A stretch of DNA of 50,386 nucleotides from Gammaproteobacteria bacterium (GTDB lineage: Bacteria > Pseudomonadota > Gammaproteobacteria > SZUA-229): positions 1-50,386 of the forward strand of contig JARFRD010000012.1 in the NCBI GenBank assembly GCA_029287435.1, given 5' to 3'. The stretch's first letter is position 1, and every line of letters starts with the position of its first letter. The translations under genes were made by a program, and so were the position numbers. Under the pieces are notes generated by a model, which saw nothing but the letters and a program-made list of their open reading frames with translations, searched no databases and was not told the DNA's origin. This document shows, in pieces, positions 21,352 through 33,157 of the stretch.

Positions 21352-21714
21352 TCACATGTTTGCCTTTATATTTGATTTTGCAGTTTTAATGCTTGATACC
21401 AATAACTTAATTAATTCATCAATATCAGGCAGTAAACTTTTATACATTTTTTCAGTTAGATAATCACCACAATGTAGCAACTTTAACCAATATCTGGTTT
21501 CGTTTGCCTCTTTAAGCGCAATACTTAACTTGTGAACAAAATCAGATTTCGACTGCGCAAACTCAGCTTCGCTGATCAATGCACCAATAGACGTTCCAGA
21601 TCTAAGTAATTGCTTGTTTAAAACATATTCCTTTCTGTTAGAGCTTAAAAACCGGGCTAACCTAACTATACGAAGCGCAAATCTAAAGCTTTTATCCTTA
21701 AGAACATTCCCCAT
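21352..21714 (-). CDS. Four helix bundle protein (TIGR02436 / 23S rRNA IVS-protein-like)
   Basis: [21 protein letters not shown]...EA...QS..DF..KL.IALKEA.ET.YWL motifs; visibly AT-rich relative to murA and hisG. Confidence 0.92.
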   Translation of the reverse strand: MGNVLKDKSFRFALRIVRLARFLSSNRKEYVLNKQLLRSGTSIGALISEAEFAQSKSDFVHKLSIALKEANETRYWLKLLHCGDYLTEKMYKSLLPDIDELIKLLVSSIKTAKSNIKANM

Positions 21715-21740
21715 TTCACATTCCTTATGAATTCCTTGTT

Positions 21741-21782
21741 ACTAATTATTCACTTTTCACTACTCAATATTAGTTATTCATT
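21741..21782. repeat. Inverted heptamer array x6, other arm of the four-helix-bundle cassette
   Basis: actaatt attcact tttcact actcaat attagtt attcatt; the reverse complement includes aatgaat, agtgaaa and agtgaat. Confidence 0.75.
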
Positions 21783-21784
21783 GA

Positions 21785-23393
<1,609 letters not shown>

Positions 23394-23397
<4 letters not shown>

Positions 23398-24050
23398 GAC
23401 GCAACCCTGGTGGCTTCAATTTTACTGTTCTTATCTTTGAGCAACTTGAGCAGACCTTCCATACCGCCCTTGCGAATTTCCTGGGCAAAGGTGCCGCGAT
23501 AGCTGGTTACCAGGCTGACTCCATCGATACTTAGATCGTAAACCTTCCACTCATTGTCCTTGATACGCATACGATAGGAAACCGGGATTGACGGTCCGCC
23601 CGACTGTAGCACTTCGGATTTAACCACCACCTTGTCCTCGCCATCGACGCGTTTGACCGGGAAATAGTTAATGGTCTGATCACTGAATTCACTCAGTGAT
23701 TTACCGTAAGTACGAATCAACAGGTCGCGGAATTCATTGATGAATTCGATTTTCTGTTCTCGACTGGCTTTACGCCAGTTTTTACCCAGCGCCAGTTTGG
23801 CAATGGTGACCTCGTCAAGATGAGGCAGGATATATTCATGCACCAGGTCATAGACAAGCTGGGGATCATCTTTCAGCTCCTCTTTCCTGTCTTTCAGAAT
23901 CGCTATGACTTCATCCGATGTCTGCTTCAACATCTCATGCGGCGGAATTATCTCATCGGCCGCGGCCTGGCTGGCATACAGGGCCTGCATACCAAGTAAT
24001 AAACCGGCAAAAACACTCGCTATCCTGATTGTTACTTTTACTGCACTCAT
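23394..24050 (-). CDS. mlaC: Periplasmic phospholipid-binding protein MlaC (Ttg2D)
   Basis: Signal peptide; LALGKNWR, F..LLIRTY and WKVYDL.IDGVSLV..YR..F motifs. Confidence 0.95.
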
Positions 24051-24106
24051 GTTTTCATTCCCATCGTTCAGTTACCGAATAAACTCAGCAGAATAAAAAG
24101 ATATTT

Positions 24107-24565
24107 TTATTCCTCTGCCTGACTATAGAGAAACTGTCCGATGATTTGTTCCAGAACCAGTGCAGATTGCGTGATCTCGATTTCATTGCCTGGCTTCAAA
24201 AATTCTTCCTCCGCGCCTGGCTCAAGACTGACGAACTGTTCACCCAGCAGACCTGAGGTCATGATGCTGGCTGCGGTATCGGTCGGGAATTTATCATACT
24301 GCGGCTCTATCGACATGGTGACCCGCGCCTCGTAACCACCCGAGTCATAGCTAATATCAGTCACCTGTCCCACGCGCACACCACTGGCAGAAACCGGTGA
24401 GCGTACCTTGAGACCGCCTATATTGTCGAAGCGGGCTGAAATCAGGTAGCCATCATCACCCCCATAGGTCGCCAGGTTACTGACTTTCATTGCCAGCATG
24501 AACAAAGCCGCAAGGCCTGCTGCTACAAAAATTCCAACAGCTATCTCTATCGTACGTGTATTCAT
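24107..24565 (-). CDS. mlaD: MCE-domain protein MlaD
   Basis: EIAVGIFV, FDNIGGLKVRSPV..SGV.VG.V and TSGLLGEQF. Confidence 0.97.
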   Translation of the reverse strand: MNTRTIEIAVGIFVAAGLAALFMLAMKVSNLATYGGDDGYLISARFDNIGGLKVRSPVSASGVRVGQVTDISYDSGGYEARVTMSIEPQYDKFPTDTAASIMTSGLLGEQFVSLEPGAEEEFLKPGNEIEITQSALVLEQIIGQFLYSQAEE

Positions 24566-24595
24566 CGAATCACCTGCCCTTTCATCTTAATACGA

Positions 24596-25381
24596 TCAGT
24601 CATCACCGAACATTAATGCCGTCAATACAAAATCCAGACCGAGCACGGCCAGCGAGCTGTGTACCACCGTTCTCGTTGTTGCGCGACCCAGTCCATCTGA
24701 TGTCGGCACACAGTCATAACCTTCGAACACCGCAATCCAGACGACGACAAAACCAAAAACCGCGCTCTTGATCATGCCGTTGAAAAGATCATGGTAAAGA
24801 TCAACCTTCGCCTTGGCCTGTGACCAGAATGCGCCCGCATCCAGCCCCAGTAATTCGACCGCTACCAGGTATGCGCCCACCACACCGACAGCACTGAAAA
24901 TCGCGGTCAGTAAAGGCAATGAGATAAATCCAGCCAGGAACCGCGGCGCGATAACGCGCTCGATCGGATTAACCGCCATCATTTCCATGCCTGAGAGTTG
25001 TTCAGTTGCTTTCATCAGGCCAATCTCAGCCGTTAGCGCAGAGCCGGCTCGTCCTGCAAACAGCAATGCTGTCACTACCGGACTCAGTTCACGGAACAGG
25101 GAGAGCACCACCATCACACTGACCGAATCCTCGGCACCAAAATCGACCAGCGCATAATAAGACTGCAGTGCAATCACCATCCCAACGAACAAGCCGGCAA
25201 CGACAATAATTAGCAGGGTCTGCACACCCACCGAAAACATTTGCCGAATCAACAGGCCCGGGCGAAACAGCATGCCACGCATAGCCGGAATGGTCTGCAA
25301 CAGAAACAGGTTGCCCCGCCCAAGGCGCTGCAAGGCTGACAGGGCCTGACGACCGAGCGATTGAATATAATCCAGCAGCAT
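24596..25381 (-). CDS. mlaE: Lipid asymmetry ABC transporter permease MlaE
   Basis: GLFVGMV, RELSPVVTALLFAGRAGSALTAEIGLMK and GRATT.TVV. Confidence 0.98.
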   Translation of the reverse strand: MLLDYIQSLGRQALSALQRLGRGNLFLLQTIPAMRGMLFRPGLLIRQMFSVGVQTLLIIVVAGLFVGMVIALQSYYALVDFGAEDSVSVMVVLSLFRELSPVVTALLFAGRAGSALTAEIGLMKATEQLSGMEMMAVNPIERVIAPRFLAGFISLPLLTAIFSAVGVVGAYLVAVELLGLDAGAFWSQAKAKVDLYHDLFNGMIKSAVFGFVVVWIAVFEGYDCVPTSDGLGRATTRTVVHSSLAVLGLDFVLTALMFGDD

Positions 25382-26193
25382 CAGCGTCGCTTCCCGTTGC
25401 CTGTAACCAGGTCTTCCACGACTGCTTCCGCCGGGTAATGGAACGGCACCGGGCCATCCGCTTCACCATCAACAAACTGCTTGATCCATTCAGAAGTACT
25501 GGCCTTGAGTTCGTCTGGATGTCCCTGGCCGATGACCTTGCCATCAGATATCACGTAGACGTAATCGGCAATCGAAAGCGTTTCACGCACATCATGCGAC
25601 ACAACAATGCTACAGATGTCCAGCACATCGTTGAGCTCCCGGATCAGCTTAACCAGCACACCCATCGAGATCGGGTCCTGCCCGGTGAACGGCTCGTCGT
25701 ACATAATCATCATGGGATCCAGTGCAATCGCCCTGGCCATCGCTACACGTCGGGCCATACCACCAGACAATTCGGCGGGCATCAGGTCGGCTGCGCCTCG
25801 CAGACCAACTGCGTGCAGTTTGAGCAAGACCAGCTGGCGGATCATGCTTTGGTTCAGTTTTGTATGTTCACGCAAGGGGTAAGCGACATTGTCGAACACA
25901 CTCAAATCTGTCAGCAAGGCACCCGACTGAAACAGCATACCCATGCGTTTACGCAGGGCGTAGAGCTGGGCCGTTTTGAGTTGATGCACATTCTGGCCGT
26001 CAACCTCGATACTGCCACTATCCGGAAACAGCTGGCCACCGATCAGTTTCAGCAAGGTTGTCTTGCCAGTACCGCTTGGGCCCATAATCGCAGTAATGCC
26101 CTTTCGCGGGATAGCCATGTCGATACCATCAAATATCACACGCTCGCCACGATTGAAATGCATGTCGCGAATGTTGATTAAAGTATCGGTCAA
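25381..26193 (-). CDS. mlaF: Lipid asymmetry ABC transporter ATP-binding protein MlaF
   Basis: Walker A GPSGTGKT, LSGGMARR signature, YDEPFTGQDP; TTG start. Confidence 0.97.
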   Translation of the reverse strand: MTDTLINIRDMHFNRGERVIFDGIDMAIPRKGITAIMGPSGTGKTTLLKLIGGQLFPDSGSIEVDGQNVHQLKTAQLYALRKRMGMLFQSGALLTDLSVFDNVAYPLREHTKLNQSMIRQLVLLKLHAVGLRGAADLMPAELSGGMARRVAMARAIALDPMMIMYDEPFTGQDPISMGVLVKLIRELNDVLDICSIVVSHDVRETLSIADYVYVISDGKVIGQGHPDELKASTSEWIKQFVDGEADGPVPFHYPAEAVVEDLVTGNGKRR

Positions 26194-26215
26194 GTGATGC
26201 CCCTGCTGGGAAGTG

Positions 26216-26234
26216 AATGATGATTATTGTTATT
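26216..26234. promoter_or_regulatory. Possible Fur box upstream of mlaF
   Basis: Minus strand AATAACAATAATCATCATT matches GATAATGATAATCATTATC at 14/19 by manual count. Confidence 0.35.
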
Positions 26235-26384
26235 GGGCAGGTATTCTATTCTTTTGAGTCTCCAGCTACCAGCCGCATTACTGCTGACATCACATAAGCG
26301 GGATATTTCCCTGCAATTGCCATGAATCTGTGGGTCAGGGCTTGTTAGATGTTAATATGCTGAAAAAATCACGATGCTTACTCA

Positions 26385-27353
26385 ATGCTGTATAACATAC
26401 TTGCCATTGTGGGTGGCTTTGTACTTCTGGTCTGGAGCGCAGACAGGTTCATCATTGGCGCTGCTGCCACTGCCCGCAACCTCAATATCTCCCCCCTTAT
26501 TATCGGTTTGACCATCGTCGGCTTTGGTACATCTGCGCCCGAAATGCTGGTATCGAGTATCGCCGCCATCAACGAAAGCCCGGGGCTGGCGATTGGCAAT
26601 GCGCTGGGATCGAATATCGCAAATATTACCCTGGTGCTCGGCATGGCAGCACTGATCAAGCCCCTGGACGTGCATTCGCGCATCCTGAAAAAGGAACTGC
26701 CACTGCTGATGATGGCCACGGTGTTGTTGCTGATGCTGCTACAGGATGGCCAACTTGGTAGAACTGACGGCGTGATCCTGCTGAGCTCACTGCTCCTGTT
26801 ACTTTGGTGGGTTGCACGCCAGGCCGTGACCAATCGCGAAGCAGATGCCATGTACGATGAATTCGACCAGGAAATGCCTGCACCCATGCCGATGCAACGC
26901 TCCCTGTTCTGGCTTGTTATCGGCCTTATCCTGCTGGTTGGTGCTTCAAGGATACTGGTTTGGGGTGCCGTTGAGATGGCTACAACTTTTGGTGTCAGCG
27001 ACCTGTTGATTGGCCTGACCATCATCGCTGTCGGTACCAGCCTGCCCGAACTTGCAGCATCGATAGCCGGCGCCCTTAAAAACGAACATGATATCGCTAT
27101 CGGTAACGTGGTCGGATCCAATATGTTCAACACGCTGGCCGTAATGGGTATACCCGGTCTAATATACCCATCAACGCTGGATAGCATTGTGCTTGATCGC
27201 GACATGCCGATTGTCTTTATCCTGACCATCTCGCTGTTTATCATGGCCTATGGTTTCAAGGGTTTCGGTCGTGTTAACCGTCTCGAGGGTGCGGTTCTGT
27301 TAAGCTGCTTTTTGGGATACCAGGCGCTGCTCTATATAACCGAGATACTTTAA
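26385..27353 (+). CDS. yrbG: Calcium/sodium antiporter (YrbG, CaCA family)
   Basis: Alpha repeats GTSAPE and GTSLPE, GSNIAN/GSNMFN; about 10 TM helices; upstream of kdsD. Confidence 0.93.
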   Translation: MLYNILAIVGGFVLLVWSADRFIIGAAATARNLNISPLIIGLTIVGFGTSAPEMLVSSIAAINESPGLAIGNALGSNIANITLVLGMAALIKPLDVHSRILKKELPLLMMATVLLLMLLQDGQLGRTDGVILLSSLLLLLWWVARQAVTNREADAMYDEFDQEMPAPMPMQRSLFWLVIGLILLVGASRILVWGAVEMATTFGVSDLLIGLTIIAVGTSLPELAASIAGALKNEHDIAIGNVVGSNMFNTLAVMGIPGLIYPSTLDSIVLDRDMPIVFILTISLFIMAYGFKGFGRVNRLEGAVLLSCFLGYQALLYITEIL

Positions 27354-27374
27354 AACGTTGAGCCGTAATCAATA

Positions 27375-28346
27375 ATGACAACAACAGATTTCAAAAAACT
27401 CGGACTCGCTGTTATTAAAAATGAGCTGGCTTCAGTTGAGAAGCTGAAACACAGGATTGATGACAGCTTTGCCAGCGCCTGTCAGTTAATGCTGGAATGC
27501 GAAGGTCGTATCGTTGTCACCGGCATGGGTAAATCCGGTCACATCGCCGGCAAGATAGCCGCCACCCTCGCCAGTACCGGCAGTCCCGCATTTTTCGTGC
27601 ACCCCGGTGAAGCCAGTCACGGCGACCTCGGCATGATTACCAGCAAGGATGTCGTACTCGCCTTATCCAATTCGGGAAACACGGCCGAGATACTGACCAT
27701 TGTGCCTATTATCAGGCGTCTCGGGGTGCCTTTGATCAGTATGACCGGTAACGCCGGTTCACCGCTCGCGGCTGAAGCCACGATCAATCTCGACGTTGGC
27801 GTTGAAAACGAGGCCTGCCCGCTTGGACTGGCACCGACATCGAGCACCACGGTAGCGCTGGTCATGGGTGATGCTCTCGCCGTTGCCCTGCTTGAGGCGC
27901 GCGGATTCACTGAAGAAGATTTTGCACTGTCACATCCGGGTGGCAGCCTGGGTCGCCGCCTGTTGCTCCACGTTTCCGATGTCATGCATACCGGTGACGA
28001 CATGCCACGCGTTACAACTTCTGCAACCATATCCGAGGCACTGCTGGAGATGAGCAGTAAAGGTATGGGCATGACAGCGATTATTGATCACAACAGCAAG
28101 GTGCTTGGCATCTTTACCGATGGTGACCTGCGCCGCACACTGGACAAGGATATCGACCTTAAGCAAACAACTATTGACGAGGTGATGACCAGTGGATGTC
28201 GAACGGTCAATGCACATGACCTCGCAGCAGAAGCATTGAAGTTGATGGATGATTACAGGATCAATGCTGTGCTTGTGACCAACGAAGATAACCTGTTGAT
28301 TGGTGCGTTAAATATGCACGACCTGTTAGAAGCCGGCGTCGTTTGA
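27375..28346 (+). CDS. kdsD: Arabinose-5-phosphate isomerase (KpsF/GutQ family)
   Basis: GMGKSGH, HPGEASHGDLG, APTSST and HPGG; C-terminal CBS pair. Confidence 0.97.
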   Translation: MTTTDFKKLGLAVIKNELASVEKLKHRIDDSFASACQLMLECEGRIVVTGMGKSGHIAGKIAATLASTGSPAFFVHPGEASHGDLGMITSKDVVLALSNSGNTAEILTIVPIIRRLGVPLISMTGNAGSPLAAEATINLDVGVENEACPLGLAPTSSTTVALVMGDALAVALLEARGFTEEDFALSHPGGSLGRRLLLHVSDVMHTGDDMPRVTTSATISEALLEMSSKGMGMTAIIDHNSKVLGIFTDGDLRRTLDKDIDLKQTTIDEVMTSGCRTVNAHDLAAEALKLMDDYRINAVLVTNEDNLLIGALNMHDLLEAGVV

Positions 28347-28400
28347 CCATAATTAAGCGGACTGTTTACATCGATACAACTACGGACAAATAACTGAATC

Positions 28401-28934
28401 ATGCAAGACGTACTGGATAAAGCAAAAAACATTGAACTCGTGATTTTTGATGTTGACGGTGTCATGACCGACGGCAGCCTGTTCATGGGTGACGACGGCC
28501 AGGAATACAAGGCGTTCAACTCACTCGACGGGCATGGTATGCGCATGCTGCAGGAAGGCGGCGTCAACGCCGCAATTATCACAGGTCGCAAATCCAACGT
28601 GGTTGAGCATCGCATGAATGACCTTGGCATCACCCGTGTATACCAGGGCTATCGTGACAAGATTCCAGCGTATGAAGCTCTGCTAAAAGATGTCGGCCTC
28701 GAAAAGGACCAGATCGCCTATGTCGGTGATGATGTGGTTGATTTGCCTATCATGACACGTGTAGGCTTTGCTATTGCGGTACAGAGTGCACATCCTTATG
28801 TAAAAAAACATGCACACTGGATTACACAGAGCAATGGTGGCCGCGGCGCTGTACGTGATGTCTGTGAACTTATACTTGAAGCCAAAGGTCTATTACAGCA
28901 GGCCTTGGAATCCTATCTTTATACCAAACAATAA
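28401..28934 (+). CDS. kdsC: 3-deoxy-D-manno-octulosonate 8-phosphate phosphatase
   Basis: DVDGVMTDG, ITGR, GDDVVD and GGRGAVR. Confidence 0.98.
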   Translation: MQDVLDKAKNIELVIFDVDGVMTDGSLFMGDDGQEYKAFNSLDGHGMRMLQEGGVNAAIITGRKSNVVEHRMNDLGITRVYQGYRDKIPAYEALLKDVGLEKDQIAYVGDDVVDLPIMTRVGFAIAVQSAHPYVKKHAHWITQSNGGRGAVRDVCELILEAKGLLQQALESYLYTKQ

Positions 28935-28945
28935 CAGGGTTAATC

Positions 28946-29491
28946 GTGAAAAAAAGATCCACATTTGTAACCGTTAGCATCATTGCTGCCATTGGCATAT
29001 GGAGCGCGATGATACCCGAAGAAAAGGTATTAATCACAGAAAAGGAACCGCATTTTGTAGATGCCTACATCAGGGATTTCACCATGACAGCGATGAATGA
29101 AGATGGCAAACCCGACTACACGCTGAAAGCCGAACTGATGGAACATTACAATGACACCGGTAATTCAGATATCAAGCAGCCCGTGTTTAACTTCATCCAG
29201 GAAGATGGCAGCTGGCTAGTGAGCGCAAAGCGCGGCAATATCGACCAGACCAGCACCTGGGTTGTACTCAAGGAAGATGTTGTCATGCTGCAACAGGATG
29301 CAGAAAACCCTGTCAGGATCAGAACCAGTCAGTTACGCTTTAATACCAAAACACAGATAGCCGATACCGACAAACCAGTAGATATCGACCAGGGAAATTC
29401 TGTACTTAAATCCAACGGCATGATCTTCAACAACACAACCGGTAAGCTCGAACTTCTTGCAGGTGTAAATGGTACCTATGTTGCACCTTAA
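28946..29491 (+). CDS. lptC: LPS export protein LptC
   Basis: N-terminal TM, W...A..G, T..L......Q...TD.PV.I and G......G.LELL..V.G.Y; kdsC-lptC-lptA order. Confidence 0.92.
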   Translation: MKKRSTFVTVSIIAAIGIWSAMIPEEKVLITEKEPHFVDAYIRDFTMTAMNEDGKPDYTLKAELMEHYNDTGNSDIKQPVFNFIQEDGSWLVSAKRGNIDQTSTWVVLKEDVVMLQQDAENPVRIRTSQLRFNTKTQIADTDKPVDIDQGNSVLKSNGMIFNNTTGKLELLAGVNGTYVAP

Positions 29492-29990
29492 ACTGGCAGC
29501 TGCCATTGCACTCATCTGCAGCATTGCATTACCGGCATCGGCAGACCGCCTGTTTGCAAAACCTTCAAATGCACCCGTTAATATCTATGCTGACCAGATG
29601 TCCTACAACATTAAGACGGGCATCAGCGAATACATCGGCAATGTCCGCGTTACCCAGGAAAAAATCGAGCTTACTGGCGACAAAGTGGTTGCAAACACCA
29701 ACGAGAGCTCACTGAAAACCATCAAGGTAACCGGTGCACCCGCGATTTATCGTCAGCAAGCTGAAGATGGCAGCTTCATTAACGCCAAGAGCGAGGTCAT
29801 GGAGTACCTGGCTGATGAGAACATGCTGGTGCTGACGATAAACGCTCGCCTTGAACAGGCAGGGCACGTGGTCGAAAGCCAGCGAATCGTTTACGACACC
29901 GTGAAAGAAGTCGTGATAGCAGGCGACAAGCAGCCCGGTAAGCGCGTTAATATCACCATTACACCAGACAACGTCAAGAAGACAGATTAA
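29469..29990 (+). CDS. lptA: LPS transport periplasmic protein LptA
   Basis: Signal peptide, P..I.AD, Y.GNV.VTQ, G.PA.Y.Q and RV.I.I.P. Alternative start at 29478. Confidence 0.92.
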   Translation: MVPMLHLKLAAAIALICSIALPASADRLFAKPSNAPVNIYADQMSYNIKTGISEYIGNVRVTQEKIELTGDKVVANTNESSLKTIKVTGAPAIYRQQAEDGSFINAKSEVMEYLADENMLVLTINARLEQAGHVVESQRIVYDTVKEVVIAGDKQPGKRVNITITPDNVKKTD

Positions 29991-29992
29991 CC

Positions 29993-30715
29993 ATGGCCAA
30001 GCTGCATGCAGAACATCTTGTAAAACGCTACAAGACCCGTACTGTCGTCGATGATGTTTCAATTAATGTAAAAAGCGGTGAAGTTGTCGGCCTGCTGGGT
30101 CCGAATGGGGCAGGCAAGACAACCAGCTTTTACATGATGGTCGGCCTGGTCAGGGCCGATGAAGGAAAAATCTTCATTGATGACCGGGATATCACCCGCA
30201 TGCCGGTTCATGCTCGCGCACAAAACGGTATCGGCTACCTGCCACAGGAAGCCTCGGTATTCAGGAAACTGTCCGTTGAAGACAACATCATGGCCATCCT
30301 GGAAACCCAGAAACTTACCCGTGAAGAGCGTGAAGAGCAGTTACAGATGCTACTGGAGGAACTCCAGATCGAACATATCCGTGAGGGCACCGGCATGAGC
30401 CTGTCTGGCGGTGAACGCAGGCGCGTCGAAATCGCGCGCGCACTGGCCTCGAAACCCGCCTTTATCCTGCTTGACGAGCCTTTTGCGGGCGTTGATCCGA
30501 TCTCCGTGATCGATATCCAGAAAAGCATAAAACATTTGACCCGCCTCAATATCGGTGTCCTGATAACCGACCATAATGTCCGGGAAACCTTGGGAATATG
30601 CCATCGTGCTTACATTCTGAGCGATGGTAAAATCATTGCCCAGGGTCAACCAGACGAAATCCTTGAAAATGATCAAGTACGAGAAGTCTATCTTGGCCAT
30701 GATTTTCGACTATAA
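29993..30715 (+). CDS. lptB: LPS export ABC transporter ATP-binding protein LptB
   Basis: [38 protein letters not shown] and VREVYLG. Confidence 0.99.
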   Translation: MAKLHAEHLVKRYKTRTVVDDVSINVKSGEVVGLLGPNGAGKTTSFYMMVGLVRADEGKIFIDDRDITRMPVHARAQNGIGYLPQEASVFRKLSVEDNIMAILETQKLTREEREEQLQMLLEELQIEHIREGTGMSLSGGERRRVEIARALASKPAFILLDEPFAGVDPISVIDIQKSIKHLTRLNIGVLITDHNVRETLGICHRAYILSDGKIIAQGQPDEILENDQVREVYLGHDFRL

Positions 30716-30877
30716 ATACTGTTAACAGCTTGAATTAATAGCCAGAAATACAGTAAAAGGAGAAGAATTCGATTAAGGACAGGGGCAGCAGCAGGTCTGA
30801 CGTTACCAACGCTTCAGATGACAGATCATGATCTGGGATCTTGGCTGTAGTTACTTCGCCCTCCCATAAAGCCACAT

Positions 30878-32344
30878 ATGAAGCCATCACTTCAGCTAAA
30901 ACTTGGTCAGCATCTCACGATGACGCCCCAGCTACAGCAGGCCATTCGCCTGTTGCAGTTGTCTACGCTCGACCTGCAGACAGAAATCCAGCAGACGCTG
31001 GAAGAAAATCCCATGCTGGAGCTGGATGAAGATAACCAGGCAAGCACCACAGAAAACCAGGAAAACACACGCGAGAACGAAGACAGCACCCAGGACGCAC
31101 AACTGGACATGGAAAAAAACCAGGAGCTACCTGACGAACTGCCGGTCGATAGTGAATGGGAAGATATTTATGATATCGCCACTGCCAGCATCAGCAATGC
31201 CAGTTCGTCGTCTGATGATAATGCCAGCGATTATCTCGAAAACCAGAGTCTTGAGGGCGACACCCTGGCCGAGCACCTGCTCTGGCAGCTCAGGGCCACG
31301 CATGCCAGCGATACCGACTTTGCGATCGCCATTGCAATCATCGATGCCATCAATGATGACGGCTATCTTACTGAATCTATAGAAGATATTCACGCCGGAC
31401 TGGTAGATGAGCTCGAAATCGAGCTCGATGAAGTTGAAGCTGTACTGCACCTGGTACAGCACTTCGACCCAATCGGTGTCGGCGCCCGTGACCTGCGCGA
31501 ATGCCTGCTGCTGCAGCTGGAGCAATTCGACCCCGACACCAAGGGCCTCAGGGATGTTCGCATGTTGATCAGGGATCATCTGGAGCAGCTCGGCAACCGG
31601 GATTATGCCCGTTTGATGAAAACCACGCGCTTATCCGAAGCCGAACTGAAAGAGCTGATCGACGTCATTCAGACCCTGAATCCGAAGCCCGGCGCCCTGA
31701 TTTCACCTAACCGTGCCGAATACATAATTCCAGACATTTTTGTGCGCAAGGTCAATGGCGAGTGGCGCGTGGACCTGAATCCGGAAGCCGCCCCGAAGCT
31801 GCGCATCAATCCACTCTATGCCGGTTACGTTAAAAAGTCCGGCCGCGACAAGGACAGCAGCTACCTGAGGAATAGCATGCAGGAAGCACGCTGGTTCCTG
31901 AAAAGCCTGCAGAGTCGCAGCGACACCCTGCTGCGTGTCGGTCGCGCCATCGTGCAACGTCAGCGCCTGTTCCTTGAATACGGTGATGAAGGCATGAAAC
32001 CGATGGTACTGCGCGATATCGCGGAAGAACTCGATATGCACGAATCCACGATTTCACGCGTGACCACGCAAAAATACATGCACACACCCAGGGGTGTGTT
32101 TGAATTCAAGTTCTTCTTTTCCAGTCACGTCAGCACAGCTGATGGCGGCGAATGTTCGGCAACAGCCATTCGCGCCATGGTGAAAAAGCTCATTGAGAAC
32201 GAAAATCCGAAAAAACCCATGAGCGATAACAAGATTTCTGCCTTTCTGGTCAAGGAAGGCATTAATGTTGCCCGAAGAACTGTGGCAAAATACAGAGAAG
32301 CAATGTCAATTCCACCCTCAAATGAGCGAAAACGTCTTTCTTGA
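30878..32344 (+). CDS. rpoN: RNA polymerase sigma-54 factor
   Basis: LTMTPQLQQAIRLLQL, MHESTISRVT and RpoN box ARRTVAKYRE. Confidence 0.99.
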   Translation: MKPSLQLKLGQHLTMTPQLQQAIRLLQLSTLDLQTEIQQTLEENPMLELDEDNQASTTENQENTRENEDSTQDAQLDMEKNQELPDELPVDSEWEDIYDIATASISNASSSSDDNASDYLENQSLEGDTLAEHLLWQLRATHASDTDFAIAIAIIDAINDDGYLTESIEDIHAGLVDELEIELDEVEAVLHLVQHFDPIGVGARDLRECLLLQLEQFDPDTKGLRDVRMLIRDHLEQLGNRDYARLMKTTRLSEAELKELIDVIQTLNPKPGALISPNRAEYIIPDIFVRKVNGEWRVDLNPEAAPKLRINPLYAGYVKKSGRDKDSSYLRNSMQEARWFLKSLQSRSDTLLRVGRAIVQRQRLFLEYGDEGMKPMVLRDIAEELDMHESTISRVTTQKYMHTPRGVFEFKFFFSSHVSTADGGECSATAIRAMVKKLIENENPKKPMSDNKISAFLVKEGINVARRTVAKYREAMSIPPSNERKRLS

Positions 32345-32366
32345 AGAAAAAAATGCGGAGAATATT

Positions 32367-32687
32367 ATGCAAATCAATCTGACTGGTCACCACGTCGACA
32401 TCACTGACTCTCTGAGAAACTACGTCAATGAAAAAATGGCAAAGCTGGAGAGACATTTCGACAAAGTCAGTAACACACACGTAATCCTGAGCGTAGAAAA
32501 CGTTACTCATAAAGCTGAAGCAACTGTTCACATGAGTGGCAATGACATCTTCGCTGAATCACACGAAGATGATATGTACGCAGCCATCGACGGCCTCGTT
32601 GACAAACTGGACCGCCAGGTCAAGAAGCACAAGGAAAAACTGAAAAACCATCTTCACCACAAGCACAACGAGATCCCCCAGACCTGA
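32367..32687 (+). CDS. hpf: Ribosome hibernation promoting factor
   Basis: MQINLTGHHVDIT start (ATG 32367) and DMYAAID.L..KL.RQ..KHKEK. Confidence 0.96.
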   Translation: MQINLTGHHVDITDSLRNYVNEKMAKLERHFDKVSNTHVILSVENVTHKAEATVHMSGNDIFAESHEDDMYAAIDGLVDKLDRQVKKHKEKLKNHLHHKHNEIPQT

Positions 32688-33157
32688 TGAAACTTGATCA
32701 ACTGATCAGTGAAAGCTCGGTCATTTGTGATGCTGAAGTAAGTAGTAAGAAGAAGGCGCTGGAACAGCTTGCCGAGCTGCTAGCCGCACAAACTACCGAC
32801 AAGGATGCTGTCGAAATCTTTCAGCACCTGACCGAACGTGAAAAACTCGGGTCCACCGGGCTGGGTCACGGCGTGGCCCTGCCGCATGCGCGCACGGCCA
32901 AATGTGACCATGCCATCGGTGCCTTTATCAAGCTCGATCAGGGCATCGATTTTGATAGCCCGGATAATGAGCCAACAGACCTGCTGTTCGCATTGATGGT
33001 GCCTGAAGAGCACACCAGCGAACACCTTGAAATACTGGCCAGCCTTGCCAGTCGCTTCAGCGATAAGAACCTCTGTCATAGCCTGAGATCGGCCAGCACG
33101 TCAAAAGAACTGTTTAACCGGCTCACCAGCTGGGAAATCGCAAGTCAGGCATCATGA
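32687..33157 (+). CDS. ptsN: PTS EIIA(Ntr)
   Basis: SKKKALE, EREKLGSTGLGHGVALPHAR and D.PD..P.DL.F.L.VP. Confidence 0.95.
   Translation: MKLDQLISESSVICDAEVSSKKKALEQLAELLAAQTTDKDAVEIFQHLTEREKLGSTGLGHGVALPHARTAKCDHAIGAFIKLDQGIDFDSPDNEPTDLLFALMVPEEHTSEHLEILASLASRFSDKNLCHSLRSASTSKELFNRLTSWEIASQAS

Noticed and set aside
12093-21782. Heptamer arrays as CRISPR-like loci
   Set aside because: Units are 7 nt with no unique spacers, and there are no cas genes in the window.
26378-27244. Long antisense ORFs (288 aa here; also 25438-26181, 33250-34074, 46320-47111)
   Set aside because: Each lies fully opposite a well-supported gene (yrbG, mlaF, hprK, aceF), has no recognisable motif, and is explained by host codon bias.
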